Below are positions 15,230 through 24,267 of a DNA stretch of 64,000 bases, piece by piece. This DNA comes from Arcobacter nitrofigilis (GTDB taxonomy: Bacteria; Campylobacterota; Campylobacteria; Campylobacterales; Sulfurovaceae). Under the pieces are notes generated by a model that did no database searches, was not told the DNA's origin, and worked only from the letters and a program-made list of their open reading frames with translations. The translations under genes and the position numbers were made by a program. Numbering within the stretch: the stretch's first letter is position 1; every line of letters begins with the position of its first letter. Location: positions 732 through 64,731 of the forward strand of contig DZCE01000002.1 in assembly GCA_022736375.1 (NCBI GenBank), in the 5' to 3' direction.

Positions 15230-17851
15230 ATGAATACTAAGAATGCAATTTCTGAGCAAGAGAAGGTAATAGAAGAATTCCGGAAGTTTTTTATTCCAGC
15301 AGAGCGGATCAATGGCGAATCGATAGTTGATTATTCTGATCTATTAAATGTGGCTCATTCGACAGCTGGTATCATCGGTAATAACTATGATACATTGGAT
15401 CTGTTTCCGGAGATACGAATAGCACTTGGGCTTATTTCAGGATTTATTATCTCTCCAAATGGTGGTAACGAAGGGGTATCGAAGAAATATCATATCTTAG
15501 ACACTAAACTAAATCAGGGGTTATTATCCAAATGCGAAAAAACTATACAGTCTTTTATAAATAAGGAGATGAGCGATATAGATTTATATAACGAGATTTG
15601 GTCTATACGTGTAACAGACGGTGCTGTGGCTAGGCTTGTTCTAAATAGAGGAGAATTGATTAATTTTTTAAAGAAGATAAAGTCTAATTCCAGCGATGTG
15701 ATAACGATGAGTAAAGATCCGATAAGTGGATTCAAGCAGAATCCACTTATCGACGACGTTATTACATTATCGGTCACCGACAAAATTAAACTTCCAGATA
15801 ATAAAAATTCTACCTCAATAACATTATTTCAGGACGTTCAGGATGATGTAATAAAAAACTGGGGGTTAAATATCCTGTCCGACCCTATAATCGCTGGGTT
15901 GAACTATATGGAGATGGAAGAGAGGGCAACTTTACTATCTAAAAGTACGTCTCCGGGGAGAGATGGTGTATTAAGTTCAGAAATAATTAGTAAAATAGAT
16001 GAACTTGTAAACGCTAGGCAAGATAATAGTTTAGCTATTAATGGTCTTAATCATGGTATACATGTTCCAAAAGGCGATAAAGAGGGGGGGCATATCTACA
16101 TCAGATTACCAGCATCTTCAATTGTCCCTATTATTAACAAGAGCGATCTTAATAAACCAAAAGCTTTTATGGTTGTATTAGACGAACTATATTCTCCGTA
16201 TGATGTAACTAACTTTAGAGGCAACACAAACTACCTTGAGAAAATAATAAATAACAGGATACAAGGGAATAACATAGATAAAAGTGATGGTCTTAAAGTA
16301 AAGATTCTAAATAATATGCCAGGCCTATATAGAGAGGTTATAAGAAGACATATAAAAGATAGACTATATGAAATAATGGGTTCTAAAAATATAGATGTGG
16401 AACTACCAAATGATGTATTGGAAGTTCTATTCAACAGGGGATTAAGTGCGAAGAAAGCCAATATATTGTTCCTAACCACCGAACAGTTATCTTATCAAGC
16501 TTTGGAATATAGAAAAAATGGAACTGGAGCGAGTCTATTGGAGAGGGTGAATCTATTACTTAGTTTTAGATCAGTTGTTTTCTTACACAATATCCATACC
16601 TCAATGAGGAACGCGATACCTAGGAAAACTGTAAAATATATAATGCCCGATTCGGTTAAAGATCCAGTTAAAGCAGGTAAAGACTTCATAAATATAACAA
16701 ACTCGAAAAATGCAGGACTACTTCCAACCGGAGATATGAATCTAAGAGCGTTGATGCAAAATATGGCGAACCAAGGAGTGACGTATATTCTAGAACATAT
16801 AAATTTCCCTAAGATAGAAATAAGTTATGAGGAATCAACTACTGCTATTCCGGTAAACACCGAACTTGAAAACATGCTTATGGAGAGGATGATTGCCGCA
16901 TTAAATATAAAGCCAAGTATGATAACTAGTAGGGCAGCGTTCGCTACTGAATTAAAACAGGGTGAAAATGATATAAATCGTATGATAAGCGATAATCAGT
17001 ACAAATTTATAGAAAGTCATAGCAAATTTGTACAAATGGTGCTTAGTAATAATATGTACTTAATCAAAAAGCTCGAAGATATAATAAGGGCAGATAAAGC
17101 TCAAGTATTTAACGCGATACCTAAAAATGTCAGGATGGGATTAGATAGTAACATATTGACGGAGGATGAGGTGATACGATATGTAGTCTATCATATGATT
17201 ATTGCGAACACTAAATTAGTATTACCTAGTTTGGAAAAAGCAAATAATGATCCACTAAAAGAGTCATATATTAACTTCAAGACCGTTGTAGATGAGATGT
17301 TCGCAGAGTTCCTAGATAATGGGGCAGCTATACCATCCTCGATAACCGAGAGATATGGCAGTGATTTAGATGGTATGGTATACTTATTCAAATTAGGACT
17401 ATCGTTAGATTGGTGGGATAAAAACGGATTCATGAATGGCGCTGTACTGGATACATTTACGACCAATGAAGATGGATTATCTGAAAATCCAATACTGAAT
17501 AAGGCTCATATGTTCTTCCATAATTTAGCATTATCATATCAAAATGCGGAAAAACAAAGACTTGATATCGAGTCTAACGAAAAGGCCGCAAATGTTAAAA
17601 ATGATAAAAAAGTACAAAAATTAAAAGAGAAACTTGGAGATAAAGAGGATAGAAAAGATATTGATACCACCGGTTCCGGTGATATAGACCAAACAATAGA
17701 GGAGTCTTCAGATAAATCAAAAGATGATAATGATGACGATATAGACCAAACAATAGAGGAGTCTTCAGATAAATCAAAAGATGATAATGATGACGATAAT
17801 CCTATAGATAATAAAGCTGGTGTAAAAAAAGATAGCGATACAGATATATAG
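15230..17851 (+). CDS. large hypothetical protein, 873 aa, with an acidic repeat C-terminus
   Basis: ATG 15230 with an AGGGAG SD. The last ~90 aa are strongly acidic and include two perfect 19-aa copies of DIDQTIEESSDKSKDDNDD. The function cannot be supported; the size would fit a jumbo-phage portal but no motif confirms this. Confidence 0.6.
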   Translation: MNTKNAISEQEKVIEEFRKFFIPAERINGESIVDYSDLLNVAHSTAGIIGNNYDTLDLFPEIRIALGLISGFIISPNGGNEGVSKKYHILDTKLNQGLLSKCEKTIQSFINKEMSDIDLYNEIWSIRVTDGAVARLVLNRGELINFLKKIKSNSSDVITMSKDPISGFKQNPLIDDVITLSVTDKIKLPDNKNSTSITLFQDVQDDVIKNWGLNILSDPIIAGLNYMEMEERATLLSKSTSPGRDGVLSSEIISKIDELVNARQDNSLAINGLNHGIHVPKGDKEGGHIYIRLPASSIVPIINKSDLNKPKAFMVVLDELYSPYDVTNFRGNTNYLEKIINNRIQGNNIDKSDGLKVKILNNMPGLYREVIRRHIKDRLYEIMGSKNIDVELPNDVLEVLFNRGLSAKKANILFLTTEQLSYQALEYRKNGTGASLLERVNLLLSFRSVVFLHNIHTSMRNAIPRKTVKYIMPDSVKDPVKAGKDFINITNSKNAGLLPTGDMNLRALMQNMANQGVTYILEHINFPKIEISYEESTTAIPVNTELENMLMERMIAALNIKPSMITSRAAFATELKQGENDINRMISDNQYKFIESHSKFVQMVLSNNMYLIKKLEDIIRADKAQVFNAIPKNVRMGLDSNILTEDEVIRYVVYHMIIANTKLVLPSLEKANNDPLKESYINFKTVVDEMFAEFLDNGAAIPSSITERYGSDLDGMVYLFKLGLSLDWWDKNGFMNGAVLDTFTTNEDGLSENPILNKAHMFFHNLALSYQNAEKQRLDIESNEKAANVKNDKKVQKLKEKLGDKEDRKDIDTTGSGDIDQTIEESSDKSKDDNDDDIDQTIEESSDKSKDDNDDDNPIDNKAGVKKDSDTDI
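17681..17798 (+). repeat. 57-bp x 2 perfect in-frame tandem repeat (acidic 19-mer)
   Basis: 17681-17737 and 17738-17794 are identical (GATATAGACCAAACAATAGAGGAGTCTTCAGATAAATCAAAAGATGATAATGATGAC). They encode DIDQTIEESSDKSKDDNDD at the C-terminus of the 873-aa protein. Confidence 0.95.
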
Positions 17852-17938
17852 TAATTCGAATAATAGTATAGTTACGATCTACAATTGATATATATCGATT
17901 ATAATACTAAAAAATAATTTTAAAATCAGTTAAGTGTT

Positions 17939-17976
17939 ATAGTACAACAACTAGGGTAACCTAGTTGTTGTACTAT
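17939..17976. terminator. Bidirectional terminator, 17-bp perfect stem
   Basis: ATAGTACAACAACTAGG-GTAA-CCTAGTTGTTGTACTAT between the convergent genes 15230-17851(+) and 17980-18288(-). Confidence 0.7.
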
Positions 17977-17979
17977 TGT

Positions 17980-18288
17980 TTATACTTTTTCAAAATACTT
18001 TATACCGGATTTAGTTAGACGGAAAGATCCCATCGCAATAAGAAATCCCGCTATAGACAATCCGACTATAAAATCTGGAGATATAAATACCGATGCAAAA
18101 ATAGGTATAGCTATAGCTAATACCACAAGTGGATGCACATTACCATATACTTTAAATATAATCCCGACAACCGAACCTGCTAATAGAACGCAGAAAAGTT
18201 GACCTGGAGTCATACCTGATAAATACACTAATTCGATGATGAATATAGAACCCATTACCGATACTGTTGCTTTTGTTTCATTTGACAT
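17980..18288 (-). CDS. small integral membrane protein (about 4 TM helices)
   Basis: Hydrophobic helices SVMGSIFIIELVYL, LFCVLLAGSVVGIIF, LVVLAIAIPIFASVFI and IVGLSIAGFLIAMG. ATG 18288 has an AAAGGA SD; the longer track start 18345 lacks one. Confidence 0.55.
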   Translation of the reverse strand: MSNETKATVSVMGSIFIIELVYLSGMTPGQLFCVLLAGSVVGIIFKVYGNVHPLVVLAIAIPIFASVFISPDFIVGLSIAGFLIAMGSFRLTKSGIKYFEKV

Positions 18289-18425
18289 TTTAAATCCTTT
18301 CGGTCTTTTTTTAAGAGAGACCAACTCTATTTGAGGTAATAACATAAGGTTATTCCATTTTTATAATATATGAATGGATTTTTTTTTAATGCTTATCAAC
18401 GTATTTATACTATCGGTAGAAAGAT

Positions 18426-20753
18426 TCACAATTTGAGACACTTGTTTAACTCAACACTTGGTAATGTCAGCCCAGTTTTATTAATAACATTTATATCGGA
18501 AAGTTTAATCATAGCTCCAGATTGATTACTTATATGACTTATTATAAATATCTGTCCGGTATTTTGAACATCTAGTATATTATTAATATTACTATATATT
18601 TTATCGCTATGTACCTCATCCATCGAAGATCCGAATTCGTCTAGAATTATTGGATAATCGTTTAAATCTAGTAGCTCCATTACAGTCAGCTTAAAGGCTA
18701 GATTTATTATATCTTTCATGGATGTGGACCCTTTCGATACATCACCACGATATACCCCATTTATAGTAAATGGAAATTCATAATTAATCCCCTTGAAGTC
18801 ATCGTCAGATATACCGGAACTTAGAAAATCCAGTTTTATATCATAGGCCCATATATCACTAAGTGTTTTATTTATCTTACCTACTATATAATCTAACGAA
18901 CTAGTCATTAAATTATCGACAGCTGTCTTAGCCTCTATGTATATAGCTGAAGTAACTTTCTTCTCCACAATAGTCTCTTCTATTTTTTTACTTACACTAT
19001 CTATGTCTCTTTTTATATTATCTACAATTATAAATTGTTCATTTAGCTCGGCTCTTTGGCTGATTAATTTTTCGATATCTTTCTTTATCAATACATCTAT
19101 GACTCTATCTATCTCTTGTAATTCATATTCTAGTACTGTCTTAGTAGCCATATCTATAAGATTAATATAATTATTTCTTTGTTCTAGTATATACTTAGAT
19201 CTCTCTAGTTCTGCTTTTAGATTATTACTCTTCTGTTCTACGATATACATTTTATTCGTTATTTCTTTTATTTCGGCTTTAATTCTAGATACTCTAGTTG
19301 TGTTATCATTATCTGATAGTATCTCGTCAATCTCTTTATATTTATCTACCAACGACGACCTATTTGTAATAGTTGTACTTAGTGTATTAATAAGTAGATC
19401 TCTTCTATCAGTATTAAATATGGATAGAATATCATTATCGCGAATATCTTCGAATAGTACATTTATAGTATTCACCCCTAGATTATATTTATCTATACTT
19501 TCCTTACGTCTAATCTTAATATTGGTTTCTTCTTGATGTAATCTATCCAGCTGCACCATTGATTCATTATATTCATTAATAGTGCCACATTTTACACAAG
19601 TTATCTTTTTTATCTTACTCCCATTTAGGGCTATACTACTTCGTATATCTATGAGATTATTATCTAATCTATCGATATCTGTTTTACCAATACGTATGTG
19701 TTCGGATATGATATTCCTAGTTACTGGTGACACCATTAGCCTATCTTCTATCGTATTCAATATTTCTGTATATAACTCTAATTGCCCTATATCCACTCCT
19801 TTTGGAAAACTTCCCACAATGATTCCTATCTCCTGTTCTATCAACGCCATACTAGATGAGTTGGTCCGGGCTAGGTCTTTATTTAGAGTATCTTTTTGAT
19901 CAGATAATTCTATATAATTTTTCTTTATAGATGACAGTTGTCCCATTATTTTGTTATCAAAGTGTTCAATTTCAGATACAGGTTGTATTACATAGTTTTC
20001 GAATTTCGATAGCTGTTCGGTTATCATTTTAACAAACGTATCTCTACTAATGTGTGTTGAGTTCTTAAGTAACTCTGTATGGAATCTTAATATGTCGTCT
20101 ATCTTATTGAGCTCTTCTTTGATTGCAGTATGTTCTTTTTCATTGTACATAAACATTAATTTATTTTTATCGTTAGTAAGCTTTTTGATATAGGTTGTTC
20201 TAAAGTTATCTACACTTCTTGCCTTATTGACAAACTCAATCGCATAGTCTATATCTAATATTCCTATTTTATTAAAAAGATCTTTTCTAGCTCTAGTGGA
20301 AGTATTTGTAAATTTAATTCTATTGTTTAATAGATCAACTATCGTAGTTGTTATACCAAATATATCTTTAATAAGTTGTAATTGAATAGTCTTGGTTCCG
20401 CCTTTATTAAGGTTATCCCCGTCTATAGTTTCGCTATTCTGAAATTTAACTAATCTTCCTATATCCGATGCATTAGAAAATATTGGATCTTTTATCATAA
20501 TACATTTTTGTAAGGTGTATTCTATATAATAGTAATGGTCGTTCTTGAATACTAATATTTTTTTGTATCCACTTTTAGAGTAATTTTCCTTGTTAATTGG
20601 CATTACATTTAGTTCTTCCCCTAATGATGATTTACCTGAACCATTTATTCCAATGATTAATTGAAATCTCTTGTCCGGGCGATATATGAGTGTATTTGAT
20701 TTTCCAAAATTTATTCGATTGTTCCCACCCAACTCCATTTTTACTATATTCAT
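18426..20753 (-). CDS. Rad50/SbcC-like SMC-type ABC ATPase with a central CxxC hook
   Basis: Walker A GINGSGKSS (aa 35-43). Long K/E/I-rich coiled-coil middle. CVKC at aa 386-389 of 775 (nt 19587-19598), exactly mid-protein. Signature-like SKGSTSM, Walker B PIILDEFGSSMD and H-loop IISHIS are present. Confidence 0.75.
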   Translation of the reverse strand: MNIVKMELGGNNRINFGKSNTLIYRPDKRFQLIIGINGSGKSSLGEELNVMPINKENYSKSGYKKILVFKNDHYYYIEYTLQKCIMIKDPIFSNASDIGRLVKFQNSETIDGDNLNKGGTKTIQLQLIKDIFGITTTIVDLLNNRIKFTNTSTRARKDLFNKIGILDIDYAIEFVNKARSVDNFRTTYIKKLTNDKNKLMFMYNEKEHTAIKEELNKIDDILRFHTELLKNSTHISRDTFVKMITEQLSKFENYVIQPVSEIEHFDNKIMGQLSSIKKNYIELSDQKDTLNKDLARTNSSSMALIEQEIGIIVGSFPKGVDIGQLELYTEILNTIEDRLMVSPVTRNIISEHIRIGKTDIDRLDNNLIDIRSSIALNGSKIKKITCVKCGTINEYNESMVQLDRLHQEETNIKIRRKESIDKYNLGVNTINVLFEDIRDNDILSIFNTDRRDLLINTLSTTITNRSSLVDKYKEIDEILSDNDNTTRVSRIKAEIKEITNKMYIVEQKSNNLKAELERSKYILEQRNNYINLIDMATKTVLEYELQEIDRVIDVLIKKDIEKLISQRAELNEQFIIVDNIKRDIDSVSKKIEETIVEKKVTSAIYIEAKTAVDNLMTSSLDYIVGKINKTLSDIWAYDIKLDFLSSGISDDDFKGINYEFPFTINGVYRGDVSKGSTSMKDIINLAFKLTVMELLDLNDYPIILDEFGSSMDEVHSDKIYSNINNILDVQNTGQIFIISHISNQSGAMIKLSDINVINKTGLTLPSVELNKCLKL

Positions 20754-20829
20754 TCTTTATCCCCTACCGATTATTCTTATCATTTAACCCCATATATAAA
20801 AAAAGAGAGAAATGTTATTTTTGGTAATA

Positions 20830-20863
20830 AGATAAGAAGGTCATTAAAGTGACCTTCTTATCT
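20830..20863 (-). terminator. Terminator/attenuator hairpin upstream of the Rad50-like gene
   Basis: 14-bp stem AGATAAGAAGGTCA/TGACCTTCTTATCT starting 3 nt after the stop of 20866-21852. Confidence 0.6.
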
Positions 20864-20865
20864 AT

Positions 20866-21852
20866 CTAAACATCTAACTCTTCTTTAACGACTCTACATC
20901 CACAAAGTCCATCTTTATAAATGTAGTATCTTTTACTATATGGTAATTCCACATTCAACTCATATCTAGAATCTGTTTCAGCTTTGTATGCTGTTGGATC
21001 ATTTAGATATTTGATGGCTTCGTCAGCTATTGCTATTTGGAGTTCACAAATTTTCTTTCTTGTTTCGCCAAACTCAGGTAAAATAATTTTTTCCGAAGCT
21101 GACTTTCTCTCGATGTAGTCTAACAAAGTGCCAGAAGTTTCTTGTCTTGGTTCTGGATTTTTACTTCTAGATTTCCAAGTCCTTGCTGAATCAAAGATCT
21201 TTTTCATGGCGACATCTATTTCGTCTACTGGTAATGATTCTGGTATCGCATCTTTCAATACATCCTTCATCTCATCAATTGGCGATTTGTCGCCAGATAG
21301 TACATTTGGGATTAGACCTTTGTTGTTATCATACCACTCAGGTGTAATATCATTACCGAAAAACGATTTCCACTTAGTTGAAAATTCTTTACTGAAAAGT
21401 TCTGGATCAGTTACCACAAAGATCTTTTCACTATCATTTTCAGTAACATTGATAGGTTTATCTATTTCATTAACAAAATCGGTAAGTCTAGCTTTAACCT
21501 CAACGTCATCGATAAGTCTAGTTACATCTTCAACCTTCTTAACCCAAGTATCTGTTGACATTACTTTCATTTTCTTGCTTTTACCTTCTATAAAAGATGT
21601 TACAATTTCACGGAATCGTACTTCTCTTATTTCCGACACATTTTTACTGAGCAAGTATGTATCCCTATCTCTAGGTCCCTGTGTAAATAAAGATAACTCA
21701 TTTTCGTCTTCCGAAATTATAATGCTAGAACTTTTCTTCGCTAACTCTGTATATGTTACGAATTCCATAGGTGTCATCATCCCGTCAATTGCTGCTAATA
21801 ACATATATACGTTAAATTTGTTCGCCTCTAAGTTTGCCATGATATTTTTCAT
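20866..21852 (-). CDS. hypothetical protein, 328 aa
   Basis: ATG 21852 with an AAAGGAAAAG SD. Acidic and helical. Contains no Mre11/SbcD phosphoesterase motifs (DxH, GDxxD, GNHE). Confidence 0.65.
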   Translation of the reverse strand: MKNIMANLEANKFNVYMLLAAIDGMMTPMEFVTYTELAKKSSSIIISEDENELSLFTQGPRDRDTYLLSKNVSEIREVRFREIVTSFIEGKSKKMKVMSTDTWVKKVEDVTRLIDDVEVKARLTDFVNEIDKPINVTENDSEKIFVVTDPELFSKEFSTKWKSFFGNDITPEWYDNNKGLIPNVLSGDKSPIDEMKDVLKDAIPESLPVDEIDVAMKKIFDSARTWKSRSKNPEPRQETSGTLLDYIERKSASEKIILPEFGETRKKICELQIAIADEAIKYLNDPTAYKAETDSRYELNVELPYSKRYYIYKDGLCGCRVVKEELDV

Positions 21853-21924
21853 ATCTTTTCCTTTAAGTTTGATTTATTACAGTTCTATTATATGTGAATA
21901 GAAATATTTCAAATACTATGTAAT

Positions 21925-22596
21925 CTACAAATCGCTTACCAATCCCATTCCTTTTAAGTAAAAAACTATAGTTCTATTTACTTGGAATCCGTCACCATAC
22001 TTTTCTATAGCATCCTGACTACTAACTCCATGTAATCTAAGTGACTTTTCATGTGCTAGTGCTAATCCCCTATCGCCACCTCTGACAGCAGCAAATTCAT
22101 GTATTGGATAATTCTGATTATGACCGGATAAAATCATCATCTCCGAGAATGTTATCTTGGCCTTAGCTGAGGAAGCTGTCATTTGCCCTGTAACATTATC
22201 ATATTTATGACTATCTACGACAGATAACTTCTTCGAAGAGGTATGCGTTGTTCTCCTTACTGGGCATAATAAAACTTTATCTTCCTTAGGCGATATAACT
22301 TCAACATCTATATCAGGATCTACTATCCTGATATGGTGGTGTATTTTAACCCCTTTACTCTCAGCTGTCTTAATTAAAGTAGCTATAGGCACATTCATCT
22401 CATGTATAGGCATAACAAAGTTCAGTATCTCATCTCCACTTATTAACCTATCTATTAACTCGTTAAATTCTTTATCTGGTAGATTAAAAATATGATCTTC
22501 GTATAATTTGATATTCCTCTTATCCCCAAATGAAATCGTACTTATAGTCTCCCTGATATGCGCCTCTTGTTTTAATCTTTTAGAACTTTTTGCCAT
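21925..22596 (-). CDS. RNA polymerase beta-subunit extreme C-terminal fragment (tail piece of a split beta)
   Basis: The track start 22680 is over-extended; ATG 22596 (MAKSSK...) has a GGAGG SD. YDNVTGQMTASSAKAKITFSEMMILSGHNQNYPIHEFAAVRGGD aligns to bacterial RpoB [47 protein letters not shown]. The C-terminal IVFYLKGMGLVSDL aligns to FNVLLKEIRSLGINIEL. Confidence 0.65.
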   Translation of the reverse strand: MAKSSKRLKQEAHIRETISTISFGDKRNIKLYEDHIFNLPDKEFNELIDRLISGDEILNFVMPIHEMNVPIATLIKTAESKGVKIHHHIRIVDPDIDVEVISPKEDKVLLCPVRRTTHTSSKKLSVVDSHKYDNVTGQMTASSAKAKITFSEMMILSGHNQNYPIHEFAAVRGGDRGLALAHEKSLRLHGVSSQDAIEKYGDGFQVNRTIVFYLKGMGLVSDL

Positions 22597-22619
22597 AGCA
22601 ATGCCTCCAATATTTAATA

Positions 22620-22625
22620 TATCAA
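22620..22625 (-). promoter_or_regulatory. Promoter-like core TTGATA at -28 of ATG 22596 (beta tail-piece gene)
   Basis: Back-to-back with the plus-strand core TTGAGT at 22644-22649 (-30 of GTG 22675) in a 78-nt divergent spacer. Confidence 0.35.
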
Positions 22626-22674
22626 ATAATCTTTTATTTTTCGTTGAGTAAAAATTAATAAAAAGGGGAATATA

Positions 22675-23541
22675 GTGCATTCTAATATACTGAGAGTCGC
22701 GAATAAGGACTATGATAAACAGCGAAGTGATATATATTACGGTATTGATTTTGGCTATACCGCTATGTCTAATAATAGTCGGATAATGGGGTATCTAAAA
22801 TTTGTTGCGGATAGGTTGCGTGCAATCAAAAATTCGATCATGGATATATTTCCGAATATACTTGGTCCTGGTAATATAAAATTGATCAAAAATATAAAAA
22901 GTAAAACGAAAGATAGGAAAAGACTAGAAAAAATGTCTACTTATTTTGACATATCTCCTAGGTTAATAAATGTAATAGAAGGTCAGACTGTTGATCTAAA
23001 GACATTGGTCACAACTCTACACGGCATTCTATCTTACGATACTTTTTCACCTGGCCAATACTTAGATATGTTAACGGAAGCAATTGGGGATTTATCTAAT
23101 AGACCTGAGGAAGCCCACGCGTTTATAGGAAAGTACCAGTCTAGTATTACGATGTTACAGAAGATAAACAAAGAATCTAGTGGTGAAATATCAAAACTAT
23201 TTGAAGGTAAAGATGACCAGATGTCGATAGGAAAATTAATTCCTAATTATTCTACTTTATCTGAAACATTACCTATATTAGATTCGTTAACGTACCACCT
23301 AGAAATAGATAATATTCAGGAATTAAAATCTAAATCAGATGAGATTAATCAGCTTACTGATATCATGCTAAAACTCTACAACGAAAGTTCGATAACATTA
23401 AGTAGTAACTCCGCAGAGTATATTATATCTCTTACTGATGTTGTAATAGATAGACTTGGTATATATAATGACTTGATATATGTACTACTTAGAACATGTG
23501 AAATAACAGATAAGTTAATAACAGAGATTTATGAATATTAG
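22675..23541 (+). CDS. hypothetical protein, 288 aa, probable GTG start
   Basis: GTG 22675 with an AAAAGGGG SD 6 nt upstream. Isolated plus-strand gene. Its stop TAG is embedded in the shared hairpin 23539-23565. Confidence 0.6.
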   Translation: MHSNILRVANKDYDKQRSDIYYGIDFGYTAMSNNSRIMGYLKFVADRLRAIKNSIMDIFPNILGPGNIKLIKNIKSKTKDRKRLEKMSTYFDISPRLINVIEGQTVDLKTLVTTLHGILSYDTFSPGQYLDMLTEAIGDLSNRPEEAHAFIGKYQSSITMLQKINKESSGEISKLFEGKDDQMSIGKLIPNYSTLSETLPILDSLTYHLEIDNIQELKSKSDEINQLTDIMLKLYNESSITLSSNSAEYIISLTDVVIDRLGIYNDLIYVLLRTCEITDKLITEIYEY

Positions 23542-23565
23542 ATAGGTGTCATAGACACCTATCTA
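23539..23565. terminator. Shared hairpin containing both stop codons of a convergent gene pair
   Basis: TAGATAGGTGTC-ATA-GACACCTATCTA. The plus-strand stop TAG (23539-23541) and the minus-strand stop (23559-23561) are both in the stem. Confidence 0.65.
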
Positions 23566-24254
23566 ATTAATCCGATTGCATTATATAGACGTCTTAATAT
23601 TTTTCTAATCCACCTAATAATATTCATCTTACTTTGTTCTTGACGTAACTCGATATTTTCTTCCGTAGATGAAACATTAATTACTCCATTATTCACATCC
23701 ATTGTAGTGTTACTAATAACAGGATATATGTTATTAAATGTGATATCGGAGATAGGTGTATTTTTTAAGTTAATGAATGCTCGTACATCAGGTAGTAACT
23801 CACCTAAAGCTTCCACTACCTTGAATAGCTTCACATAGTCCTTAACATCTACGTCAACTACAAATATATGTTTACCGGCAAGATATCTATTTATGATAGT
23901 AGTTGTAATATTTATAAATATATGATCATCATCACTGTATGCATCAGAAATAGTTATATCTTGTATATATCGAGTTTCTATACACTTGGTCTCTCTTACA
24001 TAAGTATTATATTGTATTCTCAACACTTTACTAATACTGAAAATATATAAATCCATCTTCCCTGTCTTAGGGATTGGGTATCCTCTTTCGATATCCTCTT
24101 TGGTAATCTCATAAGATTGCTCATTCAACGACTGTCTGGAGATATTATCATTAATTAAATTAACATTAGCATCTCCATTATTATCGTCATGTAATGCAAT
24201 AAATTGAGTCAATCCTTTTATCGTAAGACCATTCGGTAAAACTATGTTTTCCAT
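23559..24254 (-). CDS. hypothetical protein, 231 aa
   Basis: ATG 24254 with an AGGAGTG SD, 13 nt after the upstream stop. Confidence 0.7.
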   Translation of the reverse strand: MENIVLPNGLTIKGLTQFIALHDDNNGDANVNLINDNISRQSLNEQSYEITKEDIERGYPIPKTGKMDLYIFSISKVLRIQYNTYVRETKCIETRYIQDITISDAYSDDDHIFINITTTIINRYLAGKHIFVVDVDVKDYVKLFKVVEALGELLPDVRAFINLKNTPISDITFNNIYPVISNTTMDVNNGVINVSSTEENIELRQEQSKMNIIRWIRKILRRLYNAIGLIR

Positions 24255-24267
24255 ATTATCACTCCTA

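Noticed and set aside
17595-17777. A minus-strand 60-aa ORF with the repeated YLKTPLLFGLY.
   Set aside because: It is the antisense reading of the acidic 57-bp duplication inside the 873-aa gene, and it has no SD.
15230-17851. Calling the 873-aa protein the portal, and the 745-aa protein (55881-58118) the tail sheath or capsid.
   Set aside because: Only size and neighbourhood are suggestive, and I could not identify any family motif by eye. Both are left as hypothetical.
17881-17905. CAATTGATATATATCGATT as a palindromic operator.
   Set aside because: It is an imperfect palindrome (TTGAT versus ATCGA arms) in AT-rich sequence. It occurs only once, so there is no support for a binding-site role.
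20866-21852. The 328-aa gene upstream of the Rad50-like ATPase as its Mre11/SbcD nuclease.
   Set aside because: None of the calcineurin-type phosphoesterase motifs (DxH, GDxxD, GNHE, GH) is present in the translation.
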